Numbered from the whole stretch's first letter, positions 49,215-60,034 are shown. The stretch: DNA of 62,955 nucleotides, filler included, from 6 parts of 6 records of this genome joined end to end with filler, not necessarily neighbours in it; one strand, 5' to 3'. The notes: generated from the letters alone by a model not told the origin. Translations and numbers: made by a program.

Positions 49215-49803
49215 TCTTATCGCTATTATGCTGACACCACTTAATAGCCTGCTGTTTATTTTTGACGGCGAGTTTGGTATAAATTTTATGTAAGTGAACA
49301 CGAACAGTACCTTCACTTATGAATAGTTTATCAGCGATTTGAACGCTACTTAAACCATTGTTTAAATGGTTTAATACTTTGAGCTCTTTGGTGGTTAAGT
49401 TAACTGACTTTGCGTTACTAAGCTCTTCGTTAGCTAAGTATTCGCGCATCCAATTATCGGTGATCGCTCGAGGAAACCACAATTCACCTTGGTTTATCGC
49501 TTGTAGACCTTGATTAATCACAGCCAGGTTCGTATCTTGATAAAAAATTCCTTTAAGATTTGGCCAATCTTTCAAACTTTTAGGAAACTCTTCTTTTGGC
49601 ACATCAAAAATAGCTAAGGATACGCAATCAGATAATTGCATAAAATTAGCGATTTGTTCTTGGCTAGAGAGTGTAGAAAGTGAGGCGTACTTTACCATGA
49701 GTACGTTATATTCTTTTGAGACGATAAATAACGGCGAAAAACTACCATCGTTGTAAAAAGATAGATTGCCCTGATTGTGCTGCGACAGTTTATTGATGTC
49801 CAT
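49195..49803 (-). CDS. LuxR-family regulator, CsgD/VpsT-like
   Basis: 'WPNLKGIFY...GELWFPR' degenerate receiver; HTH 'LTTKE...IADKLFISEGTVRVHLHKIY.KL.VKN'. Confidence 0.85.
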   Translation of the reverse strand: MDINKLSQHNQGNLSFYNDGSFSPLFIVSKEYNVLMVKYASLSTLSSQEQIANFMQLSDCVSLAIFDVPKEEFPKSLKDWPNLKGIFYQDTNLAVINQGLQAINQGELWFPRAITDNWMREYLANEELSNAKSVNLTTKELKVLNHLNNGLSSVQIADKLFISEGTVRVHLHKIYTKLAVKNKQQAIKWCQHNSDKISSVMG

Positions 49804-49879
49804 AATGATTCCATTCCCTGAAAACCAATACTATATTACTAAAAAAACTCAAAATCAACGTGTAACTATTATGTAGTAT

Positions 49880-49899
49880 GGGCACACTTAGGTGTGCCC
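49880..49899 (-). terminator. Hairpin downstream of small lipoprotein gene
   Basis: GGGCACAC-TTAG-GTGTGCCC; no strong U-tract. Confidence 0.55.
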
Positions 49900-49906
49900 G
49901 CTATTT

Positions 49907-50059
49907 TTACAATGAACCACCCATTCCAATGCTTGGGTTTACGTAAACTGGGCCCACCTTAAATGGGGCGCTAACATTGAGGCTAGCGTAAGGGCTGCAC
50001 GAAGCTAACAACAGTGTCATGGCGCTTACGCTAGCTATTCTTATCAATCGCTTTTTCAT
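49907..50059 (-). CDS. Small lipoprotein (50 aa), absent from ORF track
   Basis: MKKRLIRIASVSAMTLLLASCSPYASLNVSAPFKVGPVYVNPSIGMGGSL*; lipobox LASC; ATGA overlap with the upstream stop. Confidence 0.8.
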   Translation of the reverse strand: MKKRLIRIASVSAMTLLLASCSPYASLNVSAPFKVGPVYVNPSIGMGGSL

Positions 50060-50901
50060 TTTAGAGTCTCCTGAATTACTAAACCAGCGCCCGCTGGATC
50101 ACGAATTATTGCAACAGTACCGTTACGCACAGCATCATCAGGGGCCATCAGCACTTGCCCTCCAGCGGCGGTTACTTTTAATATCGTTGCATCAACATCG
50201 GCTACTTTAATATAATTTACCCAGGTATTGCCTATTTTCGCATCTGGTTTTTTTACAAAGCCAAAAGCAGGGCTGTTGTTGATTTTTAAGAACGAATAGT
50301 TAGTGCCAAACAAGGTTTTTTGTGCCGCACTATAACCTGCAAGCTGCTGATAAAAGGCGCTGCTGGCAGCGGGGTCATCGCTCCAGACTTCTTGCCAAAT
50401 CCAGCTATTATCACTTACAGTTAGAGCTGGATCTCCATTGATTGTATTTATCACTGAGAATAAAGCACCTTGTGGGTCCTCTAATACCGCAACCTCACCA
50501 CGTCCTGTAATGGTTGTTTTAGCAATCAACGTTTTACCGCCAGCGGAATGTGTGGCTTTGACCACACCATCAACATCTGCGACAGATACCAGCGCCAGCC
50601 AATGACTATTATTTTGGTTGTTATCAAGGGCAGCCATACCGGCAATGACTTGACCATTTGTACTAACCAGCAGATAGTCATCGTTGACTGCTTGAAATTG
50701 CCAATCAAAAACCGCTTTGTAAAAAGCTTGGGATTGTTTTAGATCCGGTGTAACTAAATCATGCCAAACAACCTGTCCTAGCTGTTTAGTGCCACTATCA
50801 CTGATAGCGGGTAAACTGGTTTGCGTAAGCTGACAGCCAGTTAAAGCGCCAGCTAACGCGGCGCTTAACAGCAAAGGTTTTAAAAAGTGTTTAATAGCCA
50901 A
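50056..50901 (-). CDS. VOC/glyoxalase-family lipoprotein (two VOC modules)
   Basis: TTG start with AGGAG RBS, lipobox LTGC, 'WHDL.T.D.....FY..VF.W', 'DPQGA', 'DPAGA'. Confidence 0.88.
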   Translation of the reverse strand: MAIKHFLKPLLLSAALAGALTGCQLTQTSLPAISDSGTKQLGQVVWHDLVTPDLKQSQAFYKAVFDWQFQAVNDDYLLVSTNGQVIAGMAALDNNQNNSHWLALVSVADVDGVVKATHSAGGKTLIAKTTITGRGEVAVLEDPQGALFSVINTINGDPALTVSDNSWIWQEVWSDDPAASSAFYQQLAGYSAAQKTLFGTNYSFLKINNSPAFGFVKKPDAKIGNTWVNYIKVADVDATILKVTAAGGQVLMAPDDAVRNGTVAIIRDPAGAGLVIQETLK

Positions 50902-51217
50902 GGTGATACTCCTTTCATTTATATTTCCAGCACAGTGCTAATCTCTGCACAATCTCAATAGTCAGTTATGCTTATTGAGGCGGTTTGTATCTATATTGCC
51001 AATCTTGGCAAATAATTCAACGATTAAATAATAGCCTATAAATCGCAAAGTAAGCGGTTGATTTACAAATTTAGTTTTCAGTTAAGTGAATCGCTATAGT
51101 CCTTTTTTGCTGTTTATATGCTTTTTAGGTGGTAAAGCTAGATAAATTACAAATATAGTTAACACTTATAGTTATTAGGCCGATAATACACACAGTTAAA
51201 ATAATAAGGTAAATAGC

Positions 51218-52843
51218 ATGGCTTCAAGTTTGTCTTTTCAAAACCTAAGCATCAGTAAAAAAATTCACGCTATAACAAGCATTGCCGTTATCGCGTTTAT
51301 GGTTATTGTATTGATCAATTACATTGCGATGGGAGACAACCGGGGTTCATTGGACGAACTTGAAAAAACATCTTATCAAGTGGTAAAGCTAACCTCTGCT
51401 AATGTTGGATTACTTGAAAAGTTAGATGAGCTGTATACGCAAGCAGTTACCTTTGGTGAGCAGGATCTGGTTGTTAAAGCAACAGACACGTTGACATTGT
51501 TAACAGCAAACCTTGATGCGATAAATAACATTAATAGTAGTTACATTGATAGCCAAACACGCACACAGTTAACTGAATACGCAGCGATATCATCAAAAAT
51601 TGCTAATGATATGATCAGTGGTACAGCGGACTTTAGTAAGATTCAGCAACAAGCTCAAACCAAAACGAATATGTATAATTCAGTGTTGCAAAGCCTCAAA
51701 GTAGCACAGCAACGTGCCGATGATCGTTTTTTCGAATTAGTAAAAAGTACCAAGTCACGCTCTGATCATGCATTAACCTTAATGTTAGTTGTTTCATCGG
51801 TATCATTGTTATTACTATTATTTATGGCGATTTGGATTGCCCGCGGTATTGCAGCAGCAGCCAGTGATGCCGCCGCAAACTTACGCTTGTTAGGTGAGGG
51901 GAAAGGGTCGTTGAGCACACAACTTACCGTTCGTAATGAAGATGAAATTGGCCAAGTATCTATTAACTTTAATGCCTTTATTGCGCTGCTAAAAGAGTCA
52001 GTATTAGAAGTGATGGCGGTATGTGAACCTTTGATGGAAAATTCAACTCGCTTAGTTCAGGGGATGGAACAAGCAGAAAAAGCCACGAGTAAGCAAACTG
52101 CTGATGCTGAAATAGTTAAACAATCAATGGAAGAGATGAAACAAAGTGTAGGAGATATTTCGCACTCAGCAGCAAGTGCTTCACGGGCAGCACAAACGGC
52201 TGAACAAGAAGTAGCGCAAAGCCGTTCGCAAATTCAAACATCGGTATCGCAGTCGCAAACTTTAAGCGCTGAAATTAACCGTGCCGCCACGACGATTAAT
52301 AAATTAGCGGACGATACAAAAAATGTGACACAAATACTCAATGTGATCACAGCTATTGCAGAACAAACAAACTTATTAGCGCTTAACGCCGCAATAGAGG
52401 CGGCAAGAGCCGGTGAGCAAGGGCGTGGTTTCGCAGTCGTTGCAGACGAAGTGAGAGAGCTTGCTTCACGTACCGCAAAATCTACCAATGAAATTCGTGA
52501 GTTATTAAATACGTTAACCAGCGCTGCAAGTGAATCGGTTAGCGCCATGACATCAGCACGAGATATGGCCAGTAATAACGCAAAAGCAGCAGAAAACACT
52601 GGCGTCTCAATTGAAAAAATTGCAGAACAAATGCTTGAAATTAATGGCATGAATTCACAAATTGCAGCTGCAACTGAGGAGCAAACATCGGTCGCGGCTA
52701 TGGTTGTTGAAAACGTATCTAACATGCATATGTCGTTCGAAGATACGATGGCATCGCTTACTTCGGTTCGTGATGTGGCGAAAAACCTGCATTATCTATC
52801 TGATAACCTATTGGATGCGACGGCTAAATTTAAAGTGGAATAA
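51218..52843 (+). CDS. Methyl-accepting chemotaxis protein
   Basis: Two TM helices, HAMP ('DEIGQ'), '[34 protein letters not shown]'. Confidence 0.96.
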   Translation: MASSLSFQNLSISKKIHAITSIAVIAFMVIVLINYIAMGDNRGSLDELEKTSYQVVKLTSANVGLLEKLDELYTQAVTFGEQDLVVKATDTLTLLTANLDAINNINSSYIDSQTRTQLTEYAAISSKIANDMISGTADFSKIQQQAQTKTNMYNSVLQSLKVAQQRADDRFFELVKSTKSRSDHALTLMLVVSSVSLLLLLFMAIWIARGIAAAASDAAANLRLLGEGKGSLSTQLTVRNEDEIGQVSINFNAFIALLKESVLEVMAVCEPLMENSTRLVQGMEQAEKATSKQTADAEIVKQSMEEMKQSVGDISHSAASASRAAQTAEQEVAQSRSQIQTSVSQSQTLSAEINRAATTINKLADDTKNVTQILNVITAIAEQTNLLALNAAIEAARAGEQGRGFAVVADEVRELASRTAKSTNEIRELLNTLTSAASESVSAMTSARDMASNNAKAAENTGVSIEKIAEQMLEINGMNSQIAAATEEQTSVAAMVVENVSNMHMSFEDTMASLTSVRDVAKNLHYLSDNLLDATAKFKVE

Positions 52844-52878
52844 ACTGGACGTCCAATAGCCCAACAGCTCAAAGTAAG

Positions 52879-52911
52879 AACGCCTTGTGGTTTACAGCCA
52901 CAAGGCGTTTT
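52879..52911. terminator. Bidirectional intrinsic terminator
   Basis: AACGCCTTGTGGT-TTACA-GCCACAAGGCGTT between convergent genes. Confidence 0.8.
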
Positions 52912-52940
52912 ATATTGTATTAAAATGTGTGTTTAAAATG

Positions 52941-53348
52941 CTAAAAAGTAGCGACCACCTTTACAGCGTCAGTTACTTTACTACTATCGATATAGCCAAT
53001 TGCATCGGTATTGTTTGTTACAAAGTCGATCACGGCTTGGTCATTGTCTAGTTTTTCTGGCGGTGTACCTTTACCTGTAAAAACCAGTTTTGACCAATAC
53101 GCATTAAGCTGACTGCTTGATTTACCAACGACTTTGTCATTGAATTCATCCGCTACACCATTACCGTTTTGATTGACCGGGTTTACTTTCACACCATCAG
53201 CGAACGATTTGCTTTTACCAAGGTAGATTTTTTTTATTTCATCTTGATCTACGGTATTGCCATTACTTGCATTCACAATCACCGCAACATCAGCCAACAC
53301 GCTAAACGAACAGGCAGAGAGTAGACTTGCTAAAATTAGTTTTTTCAT
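52941..53348 (-). CDS. Small periplasmic PBP2-like protein (often labelled phosphate ABC substrate-binding)
   Basis: Signal peptide; 'VAVIVN', 'IYLGK', 'YWSKLVFTGKGTPP', 'AIGYID'; only 135 aa. Confidence 0.8.
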   Translation of the reverse strand: MKKLILASLLSACSFSVLADVAVIVNASNGNTVDQDEIKKIYLGKSKSFADGVKVNPVNQNGNGVADEFNDKVVGKSSSQLNAYWSKLVFTGKGTPPEKLDNDQAVIDFVTNNTDAIGYIDSSKVTDAVKVVATF

Positions 53349-53359
53349 ACCAATTCCCC

Positions 53360-54505
53360 TTAAAAAACTAAATCTACAGCAACGGCAATCACATCCGTTT
53401 CAGTATCTGAAATATCATCATTAAAACGACTAAAATCAACTTTTAGTGCAGCTGATGGATGAAAGTCGTAGCGCGTGCCAATAGTGTATACGTTGCTTTG
53501 TGCACGTACGCCATTCAATGCTTGGTTAATACCGTTATTGAGAGGAGGGACTTGTGTTATTTGATCAAAGCGCGAATTATCGTGTTTGTCGTCATTATCT
53601 TCATATGTAAAATGCACAATCCACTCATCCATTCGATAACCCACCGACGCATAATATTGCGATTGCTTGGCTAATATACTGTTTTCTACTTCAAACTGGG
53701 TATATTCGGCATCAAACAATATATTGTTGTAGTCAATCGACACACCTACGCCGATAAAAGTACCGTCGTCTTCATCAATAGCGAGGTTATCAGCTTGAGC
53801 GAGTAAACCATTGTCTCGTAACAGTTGCTCTAGACCATTAATTGCTTGGCCGCCAGGTTCGTCATTACTTAAATCAATCGAGGTTTCAGCAACTAAGTAA
53901 GCGGCGCGTACACTAAACCAATCATAAGATAGGGTCCAGTTCACTCCGGCGATATCATTTAGTTCTGCTTCATCATTGTCAGTTACCGCTGCAATGTCAC
54001 CATCAAAGCCACCGTAAATAACTTGCACTGTTGAATCCCAGTCACCTAGTTGCGATGTGTGTAGTAAGCTCAAGCCTTCATAAGTCGAAAATGGAATGTT
54101 ATAGACTGATTGAGGAGGTCTGACCCAACGATAGGCGTAACCCACATCTAAAAAGTCAGAATAACGATAAAAAGGCACACGCATTTTACCTGCACTGAGT
54201 TGCAGCTCATCAGTAAATTCGTATGTTAAGTAAGCCCATTCAAATTCGGCATCAAAATCATTTTCACCGCGAGCAACAATTTGTGCTGTGGCACTGAGCT
54301 TATCCTGTAAATCAGCTGATACCTGTAAAGCAAATACGCTTTCATTTTTAAATGAAATGTCGTTGTCGTATCCATACAGTGAAGCATCGTCATCCAAAGT
54401 TTTACCACCAACGATAGAGGCAAAACCATTAATGCGTACTTCCGCATATGAACTTGCAGATGCACATATAGCGCACAGTGCTATTGCGATAGGCAGTTTT
54501 TTCAT
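53360..54505 (-). CDS. Porin-like outer-membrane protein
   Basis: Signal peptide; 'INGFAS', 'FEWAYL', 'VGYAYRWVRPP', 'RYDF', C-terminal Phe. Confidence 0.85.
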   Translation of the reverse strand: MKKLPIAIALCAICASASSYAEVRINGFASIVGGKTLDDDASLYGYDNDISFKNESVFALQVSADLQDKLSATAQIVARGENDFDAEFEWAYLTYEFTDELQLSAGKMRVPFYRYSDFLDVGYAYRWVRPPQSVYNIPFSTYEGLSLLHTSQLGDWDSTVQVIYGGFDGDIAAVTDNDEAELNDIAGVNWTLSYDWFSVRAAYLVAETSIDLSNDEPGGQAINGLEQLLRDNGLLAQADNLAIDEDDGTFIGVGVSIDYNNILFDAEYTQFEVENSILAKQSQYYASVGYRMDEWIVHFTYEDNDDKHDNSRFDQITQVPPLNNGINQALNGVRAQSNVYTIGTRYDFHPSAALKVDFSRFNDDISDTETDVIAVAVDLVF

Positions 54506-54671
54506 TGTGTATCCTACTTATTTTGTATGTTGATTTCAGCTGGAGTATAGGAGTAAATGCGTAAATTATCGATAATTTAACGCTGTCTATTTGATTTTAT
54601 ATGAATATTTTTTAAAGCTGAGACATTGCACTGGAGAATACGATGGGAATAATAAATGTAGGTGTGAAATA

Positions 54672-54695
54672 TAGGCTGCCCTTACAGGCAGCCTA
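54672..54695 (-). terminator. Intrinsic terminator
   Basis: TAGGCTGCC-CTTACA-GGCAGCCTA downstream of the lipoprotein gene. Confidence 0.7.
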
Positions 54696-54713
54696 ATCAA
54701 TTATCTAAATAGA

Positions 54714-55079
54714 TTAATTATTTTCTTTTTCGCGCTCTTCACGGGCTGCTTTTAATTCGTCAGCAAGTTCTTGCGCTTTTTGTTTGGTTTTCTCTGTTAA
54801 TTCGCCTGCGGCTTCTTTACTTTCAATCCAAGCATCAAGGGCAACTTCTTTGCCATCGTCGTACATATCAAGGCCCAGTTTTTTGCTTTCTTGCAGTAGT
54901 TCATCAAGAGATTCACCTTTAAATTCATTGGTGGTTTCTTTTACTTCATCCCATGCATCACTGATCGCTTGTTGAGCTTCTGCTTTTGCTTCTGCGGCAT
55001 CTTTTTTTACCTCGTTGGCATCTTCACAGCCCACTAACGCCACACACCCTAATAAAACTAAGCTTGCTAATTTTTTCAT
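54714..55079 (-). CDS. Hypothetical helical, highly charged lipoprotein
   Basis: Lipobox LVGC; E/K/A-rich helical sequence. Confidence 0.8.
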   Translation of the reverse strand: MKKLASLVLLGCVALVGCEDANEVKKDAAEAKAEAQQAISDAWDEVKETTNEFKGESLDELLQESKKLGLDMYDDGKEVALDAWIESKEAAGELTEKTKQKAQELADELKAAREEREKENN

Positions 55080-55175
55080 ATTGGTTCTCTAATAAAAAGA
55101 TTTATTTACTAAGGAGGTTTTCCTTAGGTACAGTATTAATGACAATCTAAAAACAAGCAATATACAGGTTCTAAA

Positions 55176-55712
55176 ATGAATGTACCTCGAACAGCACGGC
55201 TCAATTTTAAATTAATGGATGAAAATGACGACGCATTATTATTTGAGCTGGACAATGACCCTGCGGTCATGGAGCACCTAACGCGGGGTAAGGTAAGCAC
55301 CATGAACACCATCAAAGAAGTATTTATTCCTCGGATGCAAGCTTATCGAAACCAACAGCAAGGGTGGGGGTTATGGCAAGTTAATCTCAATGAAAGTGAT
55401 ACTTTTATAGGATGGATTTTGATTCGGCCGATGAAATTTTTTACTGAGCAACCAGATTATAGCGATATTGAAATTGGTTGGCGCTTTAAGCGTGTAAGTT
55501 GGGGGAAAGGGTATGCCAGTGAAGCTGCCGCCGCTGTTGCCGATGCAGTTACACAACACACAGATGTCAAAGCACTTAGCGCCACGGCACTCAAAGCAAA
55601 TTATGGCTCTATTAAGGTAATGAAAAAACTCGGTATGCAATTTATAGAGCAGTATACTCACAGCGATGAATTTGGTGAGTTACCCGCCGTGTTATACCGT
55701 AAGTCTGTCTGA
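55176..55712 (+). CDS. GNAT N-acetyltransferase (RimJ/RimL-like)
   Basis: 'EIGWRF....WGKGYASEAA', 'N..SIKVMKKLGM'. Confidence 0.9.
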   Translation: MNVPRTARLNFKLMDENDDALLFELDNDPAVMEHLTRGKVSTMNTIKEVFIPRMQAYRNQQQGWGLWQVNLNESDTFIGWILIRPMKFFTEQPDYSDIEIGWRFKRVSWGKGYASEAAAAVADAVTQHTDVKALSATALKANYGSIKVMKKLGMQFIEQYTHSDEFGELPAVLYRKSV

Positions 55713-55803
55713 TCAAACGCAGAGTCGTTTGACCCATATACACAGAGCGTGTATTAATGATTTAATAAAATAATTAAGAACTATAACGGATAAGGAATTT
55801 AAT

Positions 55804-56511
55804 ATGTTCGCAGGTGCTAAACATTTACTGATTTTCAGTATAGTCGTTATGCAATTACAAATAATGGTAGTGGCTAAAGACAAAACTTCGCAAGCCGCTG
55901 TTGCCATGCCAGATAGTTACAGTAGTGACACCGCAAGAGCTATTTTAGAGCAAGGCGGTAATGCGGTAGATGCAGCAATTGCAGCCCAATTTGTATTAGC
56001 GGTTACTCTACCTGAAGCTGGTAATATTGGCGGTGGTGGATTTATGCTGATCCAAAAAGACGGTAAAGGCGATTTTATTGATTACCGTGAAACCGCACCA
56101 AGTGCCGCACACCGCGATATGTATTTAGATGATAAGGGAGAAGTCATTACCAATAAATCGGTATACGGCATTCACGCCAGCGGTGTACCAGGCAGTGTTG
56201 CTGGTATGTGGCTTGCCCATCAAAAACACGGCACCCTTGAGTGGAAAGCACTGGTTGAGCCGGCCGTTAAGTTGGCTGAGCAGGGTTTTATTGTTCATCC
56301 AAAGCTTGCCAGTAGTATTGAACGCTACATTGCTCGCATGGCTAAAAAAGACGTCACAATTAATTTTGCTGATTACTTTGCAAGTGCAAAGGCTAATAAA
56401 AACTTTAAACAACCAGAGCTTGCAGCCACATTAAAACGAATTCGCGATCAAGGTAAAGCCGGTTTTTATCAAGGCGAAACGGCTAAAATCATTGCCGATT
56501 TTATGGCTGAA
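55804..56511 (+). CDS. ggt: Gamma-glutamyltransferase, 3'-truncated
   Basis: 'GGNAVDAAIA', 'GNIGGGGF', 'DYRETAP', 'GVPGSVAG', 'QPELAATL'. Confidence 0.93.
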
Positions 56512-56611
56512 NNNNNNNNNNNNNNNNNNNNNNNNNNNNNNNNNNNNNNNNNNNNTTAATTAATTAANNNNNNNNNNNNNNNNNNNNNNNNNNNNNNNNN
56601 NNNNNNNNNNN
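56512..56611. other. Artificial contig spacer
   Basis: N-run + TTAATTAATTAA + N-run. Confidence 0.99.
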
Positions 56612-56638
56612 CACACGCACACGCACACGCACACGCAC
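56612..56638 (+). repeat. (CACACG)n microsatellite
   Basis: 4.5 tandem copies at the contig start. Confidence 0.9.
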
Positions 56639-56706
56639 CACTGGGCAGCCAATAAGCGCTTGCTGGGAAGCAACTGTGGTGTTTTTGAGGCGGAGAAGTT
56701 AGATCA

Positions 56707-58637
56707 ATGAAGCATGAACTCCTTCCGCTTGCTGCGCCTCGCCAATCCGGTCGGAGTGGAGGTGGTGGGAGTGAGGGGACGAGGCGCGGAAGTTCGAAAA
56801 AAAAGACTTTCTCAGACAAGGCGGGGGCCGCGTTCGAGGTTTGCGTGGACAAGTGTGTCGACTTGTGTGGAAGTGGGATGTACTGGGTGGGGCCTGTGTT
56901 CGTTTTCACAGGGCTGGCCATCATCACGTTTGCTATGTACGTGGGCTTTGGAATTCTCCTCCCAGCAAAGGACACTTCTTGGTCGTGGACCTGGGTACGG
57001 TTTCGTGCCAAGAGTGTTGCTTGCATGCCGATATCTATGTCTCAAGCGAGGCTGGCTGTTCATTCCATTCGGCTCCAATTGACGTGTGCAACTGTGCTTT
57101 TTGTCATCCGTGGCGTCGTTCCTGCTCGTCTTGGTAGATCCTTCGTGGAATATTTGGGTCCTTCCTGACTGTCAACGTTGTCTACAACTACGTTGTGCGT
57201 TTGCTGCACACTTTTCGTTACACGACCCCGGTTGCCATTGTATTCGGTCACTCCAAAAAGGACAAGTCTGAGTTTTGGTTCTCTTGATTGTTGAATATTG
57301 TAGGCATGCGTCATGTCAGATCCCGGTTCTCACAAATCTCCCTTGTTTGAGCGAGCATTGAGGGAGGGTTACGCCCGAGGTGCCATTGTCGACCCTCAGG
57401 GAGCGTCTGCATCTCGACGAGCGGCCCAAAAAGGGGGGTGGATGCACCGCGGCCCGTTTGAGTGGGGAGTGTGTCGCGAGACTAATAAGGTTCGTCCTCA
57501 GCCCGTCTGCATGAAGAGAGCTTAAATCAAAACGACAGGAGAATGCGGTTTGATGGGAGAAAATCGACCGCTTTTGTGTGGATTGCTGATGGCGTTTCTC
57601 ATAGTTTTAATTTGTTTTCTTGCCTGTCCCTTCATGCAGCCGAAGCCCCCACGCTCACATTTCGACAATGTGACCAACAAGTTGGTTCTGAACATGGATC
57701 ACTACTGCCCTTGGATGTTCAACACGGTGTGTGGCACTGCTGGATGTGGTGTGCGGAGCGTCAGGCACTGTAGTGCATGGGCATGATTGATGACAAGTAC
57801 TCTGAATGTAAACGCAATGCTTGCTGGTCGATTGGTATTGCAGGTGGGATATGCCAACTACCGATATTTTGTTCTGTTCCTATTTTACGTGTGGTTGGGT
57901 ACCTGGTATCTTGCTGCCGAGGCGTATGGTCCATTCATGTACGTAATTTGCCGCACTGAGCAGTCTGTTTCCACGTTACCGGTCGCTGGTAGTTGAAAGG
58001 GCCTTGCCGATGCCCTATGCCCGAACAGGAACGAACGTGCTTACGGCTTGCACCGCAGCCGTGACTTTGGGAATCCTGCAAGCCTGGTCACCCTATTTTT
58101 TGCCCTCATGGTGGTTCGTTGACTGACTTGAGAAATGCACCCCACTGAAAGCCCATCGTTTTTTTTCGGAGTGCGCACAAGCATCGTATCGGTGCTGACT
58201 GTATTTTGGGCATGAACCATGTCGTGTGTGCTAGGCTGTGGGCGCTGCGATTACTATCCTTTTAGTATGGCACCTATACCTGGTGACCACCGCGCAAACC
58301 ACGATAGAATTTTGGGGCAACCGCACGCTTGCTTCTCGTGCGCGCGAGCAAGGCAAAACTTTTACCCTTCCATATTCACAAGGCTGCTTGAAAAATTGGC
58401 AAAACTTGGTAGGACAATGCTTGGACTCAAAAACACCCACTGTACGCAGTTTTGTCATTGAAATGTAAGCTCTTCTGCTTTGCCATTTCGTGTGCCATCG
58501 GTATCTGTGCACTCTCGAAGTTGGGACGAAAAAACATAGTTCTGGGCTTCGCGATCCCAAGCCGTCGGCTTCCAGCATGGCCGCCGTGGCCGAATGCTCC
58601 ACCCAACGAGGAGGAAATGGTTGGCAGGCGTGTGTGA
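56707..58637 (+). CDS. Spliced eukaryotic DHHC-family palmitoyltransferase (DHYC variant)
   Basis: GT-AG introns join exons 56707-56994, 57138-57194, 57304-57489, 57640-57726 and 57844-onward in frame: 'NVVYNY..CVMSDPG', 'KPPRSH...MDHYCPWMFNTVGYANYRYF', later 'HLYLV..AQTTIE'. 3' exon boundaries and stop are less certain. Confidence 0.85.
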
Positions 58638-58807
58638 TGGTTTGTTTCTCCAACGAACCACGCTCGACAGTTAGCCCGACGCGCACTGCATTTCACTGTG
58701 TCATCGGAAAGCGGTACCGACTCAACACATGATGTAAAATATTACCTTGGTCCTGTCTTTTGCGACACATGCAACGTTGGCGACGGAGCCGCGTGATTGA
58801 GTCCAGA

Positions 58808-59734
58808 TCATCGCCTTGGAAGTGCTTTAGAATCCAAATTCATCGTGATAATTTTCTTGCACTTTCGCTCCATTAATGCTTCATCATCCTGTGCCGTACG
58901 GCCTGACAGAAACGCAAACATTTCTCAGAAGTGAGGGCAATTTTACAACCGCTGTCTTTCCCTCTCAATTGTGAGCAAGTTGCAAAGGCGGTGTCAGCAA
59001 ATCATTCAAAAAGTGACTGCCTTACCACTCGGAAGATCAAAGGCATTGCCACGCAAGTCGATGTAAGTCAGCTCAGTTAGCTTGACGAGATCATCCATTG
59101 GTTTCTCTCCCGTCAGCTTGTTTTTTGTGAAAGCAAGGGCAGTGAGACCTGTTAGTCGTCCGATTTCTGACGGAATTTTCCCAGTCAAGGCGGCATTGTA
59201 AATATGCAGATCGCGGAGGTTCGTCAGCTTTCCGAGTGTGCTGGGCAGAGTGCCACTGAGCCTCCGGTTGCGAGACAAGTTAATGGACTCCAAGAACCGC
59301 AGCGAGCCAATGCTGGACGGGACGATGCCGGACAGCTGGGTTTTCACCATGTTGAGTGAAACCACATGCCCCTCCTCGTCTGTTTTTACACCTGGCCACT
59401 CACCGAGTGGCGCATCTGACAGCCAAAGATCGTTGAAGCGCCAAGTGTCGCCCCCAGCAGCCTCATAAAACGATTGAAGGGCTCCAAACTCAGCTGGCCA
59501 ACTACGGGGCTGGCTTGGCTGCTTATCTTCTTCAGGAATGTCGGCCCACGAAGGGTGGGAAAATTCGGATTCTTCTTCTTCTTCTTCTTCACCACTGCCA
59601 CCACAATTAACGCTGCTGCATTGACCGCCTGCATCCAGGCCTTCACTGCCCCCTTGCGCCTCCACCGCCCCCACAAGAACGAGACTTAGCAACAGCAACA
59701 CGCTCGATAGAGCCAGCGTTCGCAGACTCACCAT
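58808..59734 (-). CDS. Secreted leucine-rich-repeat protein (spliced)
   Basis: ATG 59734, signal peptide, acidic linker, 'AL..FY...GG..W...WL.D.PL..WPGV' cap, 'LSG.xPxxIGxLxxL' repeats; GTAAG donor near 59024 and probable short last exon ending 58808 (uncertain). Confidence 0.75.
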
Positions 59735-60034
59735 CTCAGCGACCGTCAATTCGACCCAGTCTCGCGGAAAAGACGCTGTAGAAAATTTCCAAAAGCGTCA
59801 AACGCGATGCCAGTTCCGGTGGGAAGCAAACTCAACCACCAAACACAACGTGTGGTGAACACACAGGCAAAGAAAGAACGCAAAAAAAAAAGAAAAACAA
59901 ACAGCTGAAAAAAAAACAAAAAAAAAACATTTGAACGAGCAGAAAACGACAACGCGAGAGGTAGAAGCAGTCGACCGGAGCTGCTCCGCTTGCACTGCAT
60001 GACGAAGAGAAGATGAAGGAGACGAGGAAGACAA

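Noticed and set aside
13573-56611. Five identical N-flanked TTAATTAATTAA palindromes as a biological repeat
   Set aside because: Fixed 100-nt format with six-frame stops; these are concatenation linkers.
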